Assembly: GCA_019057795.1 (NCBI GenBank)
Contig: JAHLWS010000073.1
Location: 102,455-166,454, forward strand
Source of the DNA: Promethearchaeota archaeon
GTDB taxonomy: Archaea; Asgardarchaeota; Lokiarchaeia; Sigyniarchaeales; SOKP01
Length of the DNA stretch: 64,000 bases
Reading direction: 5' to 3'
A model generated the notes under the pieces. The model saw only the letters and a program-made list of their open reading frames with translations. It made no database searches and was not told the origin of the DNA. The translations under genes were made by a program, and so were the position numbers. Positions 1 through 8,082 of this stretch are shown in pieces (the first letter of the stretch is position 1; each line of letters begins with the position of its first letter).

Positions 1-142
1 AGCTGTACCAAGATTAAGACCAGCGAAAATGAAAAAAACAAATAGGGTTTCCAGAAGAGCAAATCGACCTGAAAGCGGAAGATACTGTGCTAAATGTTTG
101 CAAACCTTACTAAAAGAATCTGTGTGGCAAGCAGAAGTTTAA
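1..142 (+). CDS. rpl34e: 50S ribosomal protein eL34, 3' part (truncated by window start)
   Basis: Manual translation of frame 2 gives AVPRLRPAKMKKTNRVSRRANRPESGRYCAKCLQ...*, with the RP.GG..C..C-like motif; it precedes cmk-rpl14e as in the usual archaeal order. Confidence 0.9.
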   Translation, partial: AVPRLRPAKMKKTNRVSRRANRPESGRYCAKCLQTLLKESVWQAEV

Positions 143-227
143 TCCGATCTTGGAATTTCAAAAATATTAAATAATTTCTGGTTTTAATTTCTTTTAATAG
201 CTAAATTCAATTTTGAGAAATGTAAAA

Positions 228-764
228 ATGATAATTACGATATCTGGGCTTCATGGGACAGGAAAGAGCGTAATTGCTAAACTAATGGCAGAACGCCTCG
301 GGATACTCTACTACTCAACGGGACAAGCGTTTCGAGATCTTGCAAAAGAAAAGAACATGTCTTTAGAAGAATATACGAATTTTGTCGAAAATCATCCTGA
401 CATTGACAAAGATTTAGATAATAAAGTCGTTAACATGGCAAAAAAAGGTAATATTATTATTGATAGCCAATTAAGCGGACATATTCTCAAATCCATAGCA
501 GATTTTAGAATACACTTAACTTGTCCATTAAAAATACGTGTTAAAAGAATGTCAGGGAGAGATCAAACATCTTTCGAAGAAAAATTAAAAGAAACAACAT
601 TAAGGGAAAAATCTGAATTGGAACGCTTCAAAAACCTCTATAACATTGATTTAAGCGATAAAAACTTGATTAACGAATTTTTTGATTTAATTATTAACAC
701 AGAAAATTTATCTATTGAAGAAGTGTTAGCTAAAATCCTATCTGAGTTAAAAAATCTATTTTAA
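228..764 (+). CDS. cmk: Archaeal-type cytidylate kinase
   Basis: MIITISGLHGTGKS P-loop; lies between rpl34e and rpl14e; ATG at 228 preferred over TTG at 213. Confidence 0.9.
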   Translation: MIITISGLHGTGKSVIAKLMAERLGILYYSTGQAFRDLAKEKNMSLEEYTNFVENHPDIDKDLDNKVVNMAKKGNIIIDSQLSGHILKSIADFRIHLTCPLKIRVKRMSGRDQTSFEEKLKETTLREKSELERFKNLYNIDLSDKNLINEFFDLIINTENLSIEEVLAKILSELKNLF

Positions 765-901
765 ACTTTTTCTACGAAAAAAATCATAAAAAATTTATAA
801 TTGAAATTATTCCTTAATTTACGATAGATCGTTTATCTTTTCTGAAAATTAAAAAATTCAGTAATGATAAATTTATTGAAAATAATTTGGTGACAAATTA
901 T

Positions 902-1174
902 ATGAGCGTATACGATATTGGAAGAATTTGCGTTAAAACTATGGGAAGGGAAGCCGGAAACTATTGCGTTGTCGTCGATATCATCGATAAAAATTATATT
1001 TTAGTTGATGGTTTGGGAATTCGCCGAAGAAGAGTAAATTATAAACATATAGAACCGACAACAGACACGATTGAAATCAAAAAAGGTGCTTCACATGAGA
1101 ATGTCGAAACTGCTATTAAAAAAGCAAAATTAGAAAAAAAAATGAAAGAGACAGTTTCCATTCCTACAAAATAG
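902..1174 (+). CDS. rpl14e: 50S ribosomal protein eL14
   Basis: IGRICVKTMGREAGNYCVVVDIID KOW-type signature; ATG at 902. Confidence 0.95.
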   Translation: MSVYDIGRICVKTMGREAGNYCVVVDIIDKNYILVDGLGIRRRRVNYKHIEPTTDTIEIKKGASHENVETAIKKAKLEKKMKETVSIPTK

Positions 1175-1255
1175 TTATTTAACTTCTAAAAAACCATAAA
1201 AATAGAAATATTGCTGAGCGTCGCCATTGTGCGTCGTTAGCGCTAATTTTTTTTT

Positions 1256-1358
1256 GCAGACATTGCCTAGCCTGGTACGGCGCCGGCTTGGAGCGGAAAA
1301 ACGGTCCCAGAAAGCCGGTGTGTGAAAGCATCCGAGGGTTCGAATCCCTCTGTCTGCG
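1256..1358 (+). tRNA. tRNA-Ser(GGA) with a 19-nt BHB intron at position 37/38 (intron 1294-1312)
   Basis: Acceptor stem GCAGACA/TGTCTGC, anticodon stem CCGGC/GCCGG, long variable arm, T-arm GAGGG-TTCGAAT-CCCTC, discriminator G; BHB central helix UUGG/CCAG with bulges AG|C and AA|A. Confidence 0.93.
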
Positions 1359-1415
1359 CTTTATTACTTATAGAAATAAGGAAAGTAATAGAATCAAAAA
1401 ATCTCTTTTATTAAT

Positions 1416-2090
1416 TTAAACGTCAGGAAATTCCATAGCTTTAGCTTTCCCACCACCCATCATCTGCTCCATTCCTCCCGATGCTTGTGTCTGTAATTTA
1501 AAAATTCTTTGAAGAAGCGTGTTCACACCAAAACTACATAGAAAATACCAAGCAGTAAAATTTATCCAACCAGCTTCTAATCTAATAGTTCTGGCAACGC
1601 CGTACACAAGGGCAGTCCAGGGATATACCGTAGAACCCGTAGTACCCGCCATCATGTTGCCTATGAGCACTACATCGTTAGCATTCATTGGAGACAACGC
1701 AATGGGGTTATTCAAGAAAACTCCTCTTACTACTGTAAATATGATTATCATTGGAACGAATGTTATGCAACTGGGCAACATGCGCCTTAAAGCCATTTTC
1801 TGCTGTGATTGTTTTACCATCGAATCCAATCTTTCCCACCTCTTTCTTAACTTGTTATATTTTTCTGGATCCGTTTCAGATAATTCAATGATTTTTGCTT
1901 TTTCTTCGTCATGAGCCTTTTTTATAACTTGTTTTCTATTAATTTCATCAGTATCAATTAACCATTTAGTTAGTCCAGTACTAATTACTGCCGTTATAGA
2001 AGCCATTAATAATATAAAAATCATGGACCCAGGCGGGAAGCTAATCCAATCTAAAAAAGCATTTGATCCTTGTAATAATAAGAAAAGCAT
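1416..2090 (-). CDS. EMC3/TMCO1 (DUF106, Oxa1 superfamily) membrane insertase
   Basis: TM helix, then coiled coil, then TM helices; WYFLCSF motif; follows secY. Confidence 0.85.
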   Translation of the reverse strand: MLFLLLQGSNAFLDWISFPPGSMIFILLMASITAVISTGLTKWLIDTDEINRKQVIKKAHDEEKAKIIELSETDPEKYNKLRKRWERLDSMVKQSQQKMALRRMLPSCITFVPMIIIFTVVRGVFLNNPIALSPMNANDVVLIGNMMAGTTGSTVYPWTALVYGVARTIRLEAGWINFTAWYFLCSFGVNTLLQRIFKLQTQASGGMEQMMGGGKAKAMEFPDV

Positions 2091-2187
2091 AGTTATATTG
2101 AAGTAATCTTAATAATTTTTTAAACTTTTCAGATTAAAATTTTATAATAAAAAAATGTGTTACCATTTCTTTTGGAGAAGATTCTCA

Positions 2188-3642
2188 TCAATCCATGCCT
2201 AAGAAAGCGCGCATGCCCGGATATTGCTGTGCCGCCATTTCTTTTGCAATTTGCTCAGAGTATTGATGCACGATGCCTATAGCTATCAAAAGTCCCGTGC
2301 CTGAAGTCAACGCACCTAGCGAATCTGCGAAGAAACTCATTACTGCGATTATAATGCCGTTTATAATGATCAAAGTTGGAATATATCGCTTTAAAATCCG
2401 CTCAATTATTTTGTCCGAACTTCGAAATCCGGGAATCTGCATCCCAGAATCTATTATTTGCTGGGCTATATCGCGCGGCGCAAGTCCTGAGACTTCGACC
2501 CAAATCTTACCGAGCATAATGCACAGAAATATAAATATAATTAGATATATTATTGCTTTGAAGGGGTCAGCTAGTAACTCCAACAATCCTTGAGGAGGGG
2601 TAAGGTAATAAAGTAAACACCCTGGTAGTGGGACTAAATAATCACCACCTCCCCCCGTTGGAACACTGTCGAATTTACCTATTAAATCAAGGAACCATCT
2701 AGTATCGTCATTTCTAAAACCAGAATTAGGTCCAGCAATCATTTGCCCGAAAAATAGAAAATTGGCGTATAGGGCGTTAACTAAAATAACAGGGATATTT
2801 GAAACATATAGTAACTTCATTGGATATTTCCCCTTGAAACCTCTATACCCTTTATAGGCTAACGGAATTTCGACTCTAGTAGACTCGAACCAAATAACTA
2901 TTAGAAATATGCCTAAAGTCGTAATTCCTCCAAAAATGGAAGGTAGTCGGTCATGCCTCCAAAACAGTTCAGCTGTATCTATATTAGGATTCGTCAAAGA
3001 TTGAATGAAAGCAATAACAATTCCTCTTGCTTCATTAGTTTCACCTACTCCAATAAAACTAAATAAATTCCAAAATATTTGTCCAGCAACACCCGTAGCG
3101 ATAAATAAGGAGATTCCGCTTCCAATTCCCCAACCTTTTTGTAGTAACTCATCGAGTAAGATAATGACGACTCCAGAAAAAAGTAATTGCAAAAATATAA
3201 ACGTCATAGCCTGAAGGTCTAACGGTCCAAAAGCACCTCCGATTATATATGCGATGATATTGAACACAGTCAAAAACATTGCGAATACTTTTTGAGAACC
3301 GCTAAACATAGCCCGATCGTATGGATCGCTCAAATCAACTTTTATGATTTTGGAACCTAAGAGTAATTGCATTATTAATCCTGCCGTTACTATTGGGCCT
3401 ATACCTAATTCTGTAAGCGTACCTTTCTGACTTGCTAAAATAACTCTTAACCAATAATAATAATCTGTGGTGGCTTGAGTGGTTACTCCATAAAGCGGAA
3501 TATTTGACATTATTAAATATATTATTAATGCGAGCCCTGTCCACATTAACTTTTCTTTGAAACTTACTTCTCTCTGAGGCTGTTTGATTTCAGGCATTAC
3601 CCGTACAAAAGGAGAGAAGAATTTGAGGAATTTTCCGGTCAT
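2188..3642 (-). CDS. secY: Protein translocase subunit SecY/Sec61-alpha
   Basis: GTLTELGIGPIVTAGLIMQLL, GIGSGISLFIA and YPMKLLYVSNIPVIL motifs. Confidence 0.98.
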   Translation of the reverse strand: MTGKFLKFFSPFVRVMPEIKQPQREVSFKEKLMWTGLALIIYLIMSNIPLYGVTTQATTDYYYWLRVILASQKGTLTELGIGPIVTAGLIMQLLLGSKIIKVDLSDPYDRAMFSGSQKVFAMFLTVFNIIAYIIGGAFGPLDLQAMTFIFLQLLFSGVVIILLDELLQKGWGIGSGISLFIATGVAGQIFWNLFSFIGVGETNEARGIVIAFIQSLTNPNIDTAELFWRHDRLPSIFGGITTLGIFLIVIWFESTRVEIPLAYKGYRGFKGKYPMKLLYVSNIPVILVNALYANFLFFGQMIAGPNSGFRNDDTRWFLDLIGKFDSVPTGGGGDYLVPLPGCLLYYLTPPQGLLELLADPFKAIIYLIIFIFLCIMLGKIWVEVSGLAPRDIAQQIIDSGMQIPGFRSSDKIIERILKRYIPTLIIINGIIIAVMSFFADSLGALTSGTGLLIAIGIVHQYSEQIAKEMAAQQYPGMRAFLGMD

Positions 3643-3905
3643 AGTTTATCAGCACAAAACCTTTAGTGAGTATAATCCTTTTTAGTTAAAATAAAAGTTT
3701 CTCAGTTTAGAAATGTAACTTAAAAAAAAATGAATTTAAAAAAAACTTTTTGATTTAATAAGTTCGTTTAAGCAGATATTTTGTTTCTTTATATAATTCA
3801 AAAACATTATCGTTAAAAAATAGTAGAAAAAAAATAATTTAAAAAAATTTTGAAATAAATTTTGCTTATACTTTTGCTTTGTTTTGCTGAAGAGTCTTAA
3901 CCCGT

Positions 3906-4205
3906 TTAAAATAACGAGCCAATTCCCGTAGGTTCTTCCTCAACTTCTTCTTCCTTTTCCTTCTTCTTTTTCTTGGAGGCTGCTTTTGCAGACACTGAAG
4001 AAGCAACCGGAGCGGCCATCACTGGAGCTGCGGCGGCAGAACTGATTATTGATTCAATGTCAGCCTCCTTAAGCCCTGCTACTACTTTTGTAAGTTGAGC
4101 TTTATCAACAGTTACATCTACAGCTTTTAATATCTTTTCGATGTTTGCTTCTGTAATTTTCTTATTTGCTTTGTTAAGCAGTAACGCAGCATATATTGAT
4201 TCCAT
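3906..4205 (-). CDS. rpl12: Ribosomal stalk protein P1 (aL12)
   Basis: MESIYAALLL start, Ala-rich hinge, acidic tail ending GIGSLF. Confidence 0.95.
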   Translation of the reverse strand: MESIYAALLLNKANKKITEANIEKILKAVDVTVDKAQLTKVVAGLKEADIESIISSAAAAPVMAAPVASSVSAKAASKKKKKEKEEEVEEEPTGIGSLF

Positions 4206-4278
4206 CTTTTATACCTCTTTTTTTTTATCCAATTATTATTAAAATTTGTGTTTATTTATTTTATTTAAAAAAATTAAT

Positions 4279-5235
4279 TTAATTACCAAATAAGCCTCCA
4301 ATTCCAACTTCTTCTTCCTCATCTTCTTCTTTTTTGCCTTCTTCTTTCTTAGTTGAAACATGTAGGTCTTCTCCAAGTACTATAGCCTTGATAGTGATAG
4401 CATTTGATACGGCTTTTCGGATATATTCGTCCCTCATATCGTCAAAATAAACAGGTAATTCAAAAAGAATTCCAAGAGCCTCTCGGTGTGCTTTTTGGAT
4501 TAACGGTTCAATCGTTTCTTTATCGATAATGCCTAGTTCTAAAGCCAAACTTCGTGCGCCGAAGTACGCAAATGCAAGCTCTTGTTGGAATTGTTCCATA
4601 TCCATATACAGAATTTCCTCAGGAATTATTTCACCGTCGCTCCACGCGTAATGGATTTTAATAAGCGATTTAATTGGAGCTACACCTAACTTCTTTAAGA
4701 CTGCTGCCTGTTTTACGTTAACGTAATCTCCAGCTGAGTGCGTTCGCGTATCTTCTCTAACCCAAATCGTATCGTTCTGGATTTTGGTTGGAAGCCGGAG
4801 CGTCATGTTTAATTCACTGATAACTTGTCCCGTGGGCAATCCTGTGTCCCCCTCAGTAACCCAAATATCTACTGGCGTTATCTCGTTAGGTTTAGCAGAG
4901 ACCATCCATTCATTTTCATTAAATATATTCTTTAATTCAAAGATATCTATGTTGGTAAAACATAATGCGGATTGTCCTGAAATTTTTTCGGCGAGTTCAT
5001 CTAAGTTGTCTTTTTTAGAATCGTGTTTATACTGTTCTACGGCTCTTAGTTGAAGCTTCTTTTTTGACATTCTTATGATTGCTTTCCCTCTTAAGATTTT
5101 TCGCATCTCTTGAATTTGCTTGTCGTTTAATTTAGCAACTTCTATTACAGCAATGTTTTTATGTTTTTTAAACAAATCAACTAAATGAACAACTTCATCC
5201 AATTTCCATTGATGTATTTCTTTTTTTCTGATCAC
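4279..5235 (-). CDS. rpl10: Ribosomal protein uL10 (P0)
   Basis: WK..EV N-terminus, GDTGLPTG motif, acidic tail ending GIGGLFGN; operon position. Confidence 0.95.
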   Translation of the reverse strand: MIRKKEIHQWKLDEVVHLVDLFKKHKNIAVIEVAKLNDKQIQEMRKILRGKAIIRMSKKKLQLRAVEQYKHDSKKDNLDELAEKISGQSALCFTNIDIFELKNIFNENEWMVSAKPNEITPVDIWVTEGDTGLPTGQVISELNMTLRLPTKIQNDTIWVREDTRTHSAGDYVNVKQAAVLKKLGVAPIKSLIKIHYAWSDGEIIPEEILYMDMEQFQQELAFAYFGARSLALELGIIDKETIEPLIQKAHREALGILFELPVYFDDMRDEYIRKAVSNAITIKAIVLGEDLHVSTKKEEGKKEEDEEEEVGIGGLFGN

Positions 5236-5239
5236 TATT

Positions 5240-5968
5240 TTACACCTCTATACCCTTCAAAAACTGTTCATCAATTTTTATTGGATGCCCCATTGTAGTT
5301 TTTAAAAACATAGATTTAATATTGTTATATTTATGAGGCATCTGATCAGCAACGTACTCAACGACAGCTTTCATGTTTTCAAATATTTTATCCTTATCCA
5401 TAGATTTTTTTCCTACTTTAACTTGAATACTTGGTTGCTTCTTTAATTGAATTCGAATAACTTTTAAGTATCTCTCAATTGCCACGTTTAAATCACTCGG
5501 ATTGGAAATAATACCATATCCACTTGGGAAAGGTTTCGGCATTTTACCTAGCGGTCCAAGGAATCTCGCTAAATATCGAGCTACATTTGGCATCATTTTG
5601 TCTTCTACTACGAAGAAATTGTATTTCTTTACAAATTTTTTCTTATACTTTTTTTCTTCGTTATTTAGTTTGATTAAACCGTCTTTATCCATTGTTTCGA
5701 GCCCAAGATTCTTAGCTTCAAGAAGTATCTCGTCTGACGCAATTACGCAGATGTTAGGCCTATCTTTAGTTATTATGTTATTAGGTAGGATTATTTCCTT
5801 ATCGATCCTCTGCTTAGGGTCCTTGAGGTTAATGTCTTTCAAATTCATAATGAGGTCAATTGATTCGTCAAATTTCCTGACTTTATCTTTAAAGCCTTCC
5901 TTTTTAATAATCGAATGTTTAATTGCAGCATCTAACGATTTTTTTAATAGTTTGTCATCAATTTTCAT
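5240..5968 (-). CDS. rpl1: Ribosomal protein uL1
   Basis: RKFDESIDLIMNL, LGPLGKMPKP and KTTMG motifs. Confidence 0.96.
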   Translation of the reverse strand: MKIDDKLLKKSLDAAIKHSIIKKEGFKDKVRKFDESIDLIMNLKDINLKDPKQRIDKEIILPNNIITKDRPNICVIASDEILLEAKNLGLETMDKDGLIKLNNEEKKYKKKFVKKYNFFVVEDKMMPNVARYLARFLGPLGKMPKPFPSGYGIISNPSDLNVAIERYLKVIRIQLKKQPSIQVKVGKKSMDKDKIFENMKAVVEYVADQMPHKYNNIKSMFLKTTMGHPIKIDEQFLKGIEV

Positions 5969-5971
5969 TTT

Positions 5972-6527
5972 TTACAGCTCCCCCTTTATCATGTCGTCAT
6001 ATTCTCCATTCTCAATCTTTTTCTGAATTACTCGCGGGTCCTCGCCTTCTATTGTGGCTCCAATTGACAACACTGTCCCTATTACGGTCTTTACAGCAGT
6101 TTTGAAGGTTTTATCTAAAAAGATATCTTTTTTAGCGTTAGTAACGTTAACTACCTGTTCAAGAGTTAAATCTCCAATTTTTTCCTCAGAACTATTCGAA
6201 CTCCCTTTTTCAGCGCCTAATTCTTTTAAAAGTAGTGAAGCTGTACTTGGCGTCTCTACGAATATCTCAAACTGTTTTGTCTCAGGATCGCATTCGATTC
6301 TAACGGGTACCGTTAAACCTTTAAAAAGCATGGTTTTTTCGTTAACTGCGTCCACTACGTCCTTGATGTTTGCATAGGAAATCGATTCAATTTCCGTTTA
6401 TGCCAGTAGGACCTACAGCGGGACCTTTACATAAATAAAGCGATTTGCTTTATGTAATAGGCGGTCCTCCGCTCGCAGATCCCCCTGTAACTAGTGCCTT
6501 AACAATGATTTTGTTTGTTTTACTCAT
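5972..6527 (-). CDS. rpl11: Ribosomal protein uL11, split into three exons: join(6457-6527, 6398-6426, 5972-6369), 165 aa
   Basis: ATG at 6527 preceded by GAGG. Removing 6427-6456 and 6370-6397 gives 498 nt encoding MSKTNKIIVKALVTGGSASGGPPIGPAVGPTGINIKDVVDAVNEKT..., in frame with ORF 5972-6355; first gene of the L11-L1-L10-L12 operon. Confidence 0.93.
6370..6397 (-). other. Candidate BHB-type mRNA intron 2 of rpl11 (28 nt, frameshifting, contains TGA)
   Basis: Perfect central helix GCAU/AUGC, bulges AA|A and AA|A, intron hairpin GGAAAUUG/CGAUUUCC, exon pairing UG/CA plus GUCCU/AGGAC; product ATA AAC ATC = I-N-I. Confidence 0.87.
6427..6456 (-). other. Candidate BHB-type mRNA intron 1 of rpl11 (30 nt, contains an in-frame TAA)
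   Basis: Exon helix GGACC/GGUCC, central helix GCCU/AUGU (3 of 4 pairs), bulges AU|U and AA|A, intron helix ACAUAAAGC/GCUUUAUUU (8 of 9 pairs); product CCT ATA GGT = P-I-G. Confidence 0.8.
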
Positions 6528-6870
6528 TTTCCTCGTCAAAAATTTTTATTTAAATTTTATACTCAAAATTAGTGATTTAAAGGCTAAGAAACATAAAAAT
6601 AACGCATAATCTTTCGACTTTATTCATTCCAATATCTTTTTTATATTGAAACCGTATTATTATTACGTTCTAAGTCCTTCAAAAAACTAATTTTGAACTT
6701 AGTGTTTTTTAAAAATGAAATGAAATTAAAAAATTTTATGAAAATTATTATTTTTTGTTGACATGTATTTATTTATCTAATTAATAATATCATTAATTGA
6801 GAAACAAATAGAGTAATTATAGAACTAAATCTATTCAAATTTTAAGAACATTAAAGGGAAAGGTTGAAAG

Positions 6871-7716
6871 ATGATCCTTTGGATATTAAATAGTGATTCG
6901 GGCATTAAATTGTTATATAAATCCTTTTTGAAAACAGACGCTGATGAGGATATCGTTTCTGGATTCTTAACGGCCTTTCACCATTTCTCTATGGAAGAGT
7001 TTCACCAATCACTGGAATCTATAGAAATGGGTGGATTAAGGTGGATATATATATTGGAACCAAAATTCAAATTGCTTTTCGTTGCTGCTGGTATAAAAAG
7101 TACTAAAACGGGGATTTTGATGGGTAGACTTAACGTTATAAAAGAGTCTTTTATAAAAGAATTCAAGCCAGTTTGGATAAAAAAAGGACATAGTTGGAAT
7201 GGAAATATGAATGTTTATTTACCATTTCTTAAAGTAATTGAAGATTATTACGGCCAATGGGAGGAAGTAGAATCAATAAGTCAAGTAGCGGACTTTTTTG
7301 ATATTTTAGGAGTATTTCAACAAATTTTTATTATTTTGAGAAGTATCTTAGAAAATAAAATGTATACCAAATCAAAAAACATAATTTTACAGAAAATAGA
7401 AGAAGTATTTAAGAAATTTAGAGAACAAGAGAAATTTAAAAACCAACCCGAATTTGAAAATATTACATTTTCAAAAGAGAATTGGTTCAACATAATAGAT
7501 ATCAATTTGTTGAAATGTGAAAAGGAAGTCATTACTACATATTTAAAGTCTATTCTTTACGAGACCGTTCAAATTTTAAAGGAAGTAAAAGGGAAAAATT
7601 TGTGTTTGAAGTATTTTAGTGAAGAAAGAATTTATACCTATATTTTTAATAATATGGAATTATTGGGAGATTTGGGGTTAGATATGTATTTATTAGAACT
7701 GTTTTTGTTAATCTAA
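6871..7716 (+). CDS. Hypothetical protein with an N-terminal longin-like domain
   Basis: ILNSDSGIKLLY...DIVSGFLTAF...IEMGGLRWIY pattern typical of Asgard longin/roadblock-like domains (recognised by eye). Confidence 0.55.
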   Translation: MILWILNSDSGIKLLYKSFLKTDADEDIVSGFLTAFHHFSMEEFHQSLESIEMGGLRWIYILEPKFKLLFVAAGIKSTKTGILMGRLNVIKESFIKEFKPVWIKKGHSWNGNMNVYLPFLKVIEDYYGQWEEVESISQVADFFDILGVFQQIFIILRSILENKMYTKSKNIILQKIEEVFKKFREQEKFKNQPEFENITFSKENWFNIIDINLLKCEKEVITTYLKSILYETVQILKEVKGKNLCLKYFSEERIYTYIFNNMELLGDLGLDMYLLELFLLI

Positions 7717-7756
7717 ATTTAAGTACAAAAGCCTTTATGACTTCTTTGTATTTAAC

Positions 7757-7960
7757 TTAGAATCTACAACATAAACGACGACCAAAATCGAGATTATGTT
7801 TCAGATATTCATTAGATAGTATTTTCATAACTTTTTCATAATCTAGTTGAGTATTATAATCCTTATTGACCATTTCAGGAATATGTTCAATTTCTATTCC
7901 TGGAATACATACTAATCTAAATATCTCTTTCTTTACTTCTTCAGATATATCTTCAGTCAT
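7757..7960 (-). CDS. Small hypothetical protein (67 aa)
   Basis: ATG-started ORF with normal composition that fills the intergenic gap. Confidence 0.6.
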   Translation of the reverse strand: MTEDISEEVKKEIFRLVCIPGIEIEHIPEMVNKDYNTQLDYEKVMKILSNEYLKHNLDFGRRLCCRF

Positions 7961-8082
7961 ATAATAATAAATATTTTTTTGATTAGAAAAAGATTATCGA
8001 AAATTTGCATAATTTAGCTATAAATAATAATAATCTGTATCTTTAGGAATTTTAAATTTAAATAGAAGTCTAAAATAATTTG

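Noticed and set aside
5972-6355. ORF-track call of a 127-aa uL11 starting at GTG 6355
   Set aside because: It lacks the conserved N-terminal Pro-rich motif, which is present upstream in two further exons with an ATG and an SD-like GAGG
6370-6456. rpl11 as a simple pseudogene, or rescued by readthrough or frameshifting
   Set aside because: The lesions are two clean structured inserts with no other decay. Recoding would need two stop readthroughs plus a frameshift and would add about 19 residues inside a conserved motif. Not formally excluded without RNA data
6370-6456. Spliceosomal, group I/II intron, intein or MITE explanation for the inserts
   Set aside because: No GT-AG ends, far too short for ribozymes or inteins, and they contain stops. 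Only insert 2 has a short flanking direct repeat, while both fit BHB geometry
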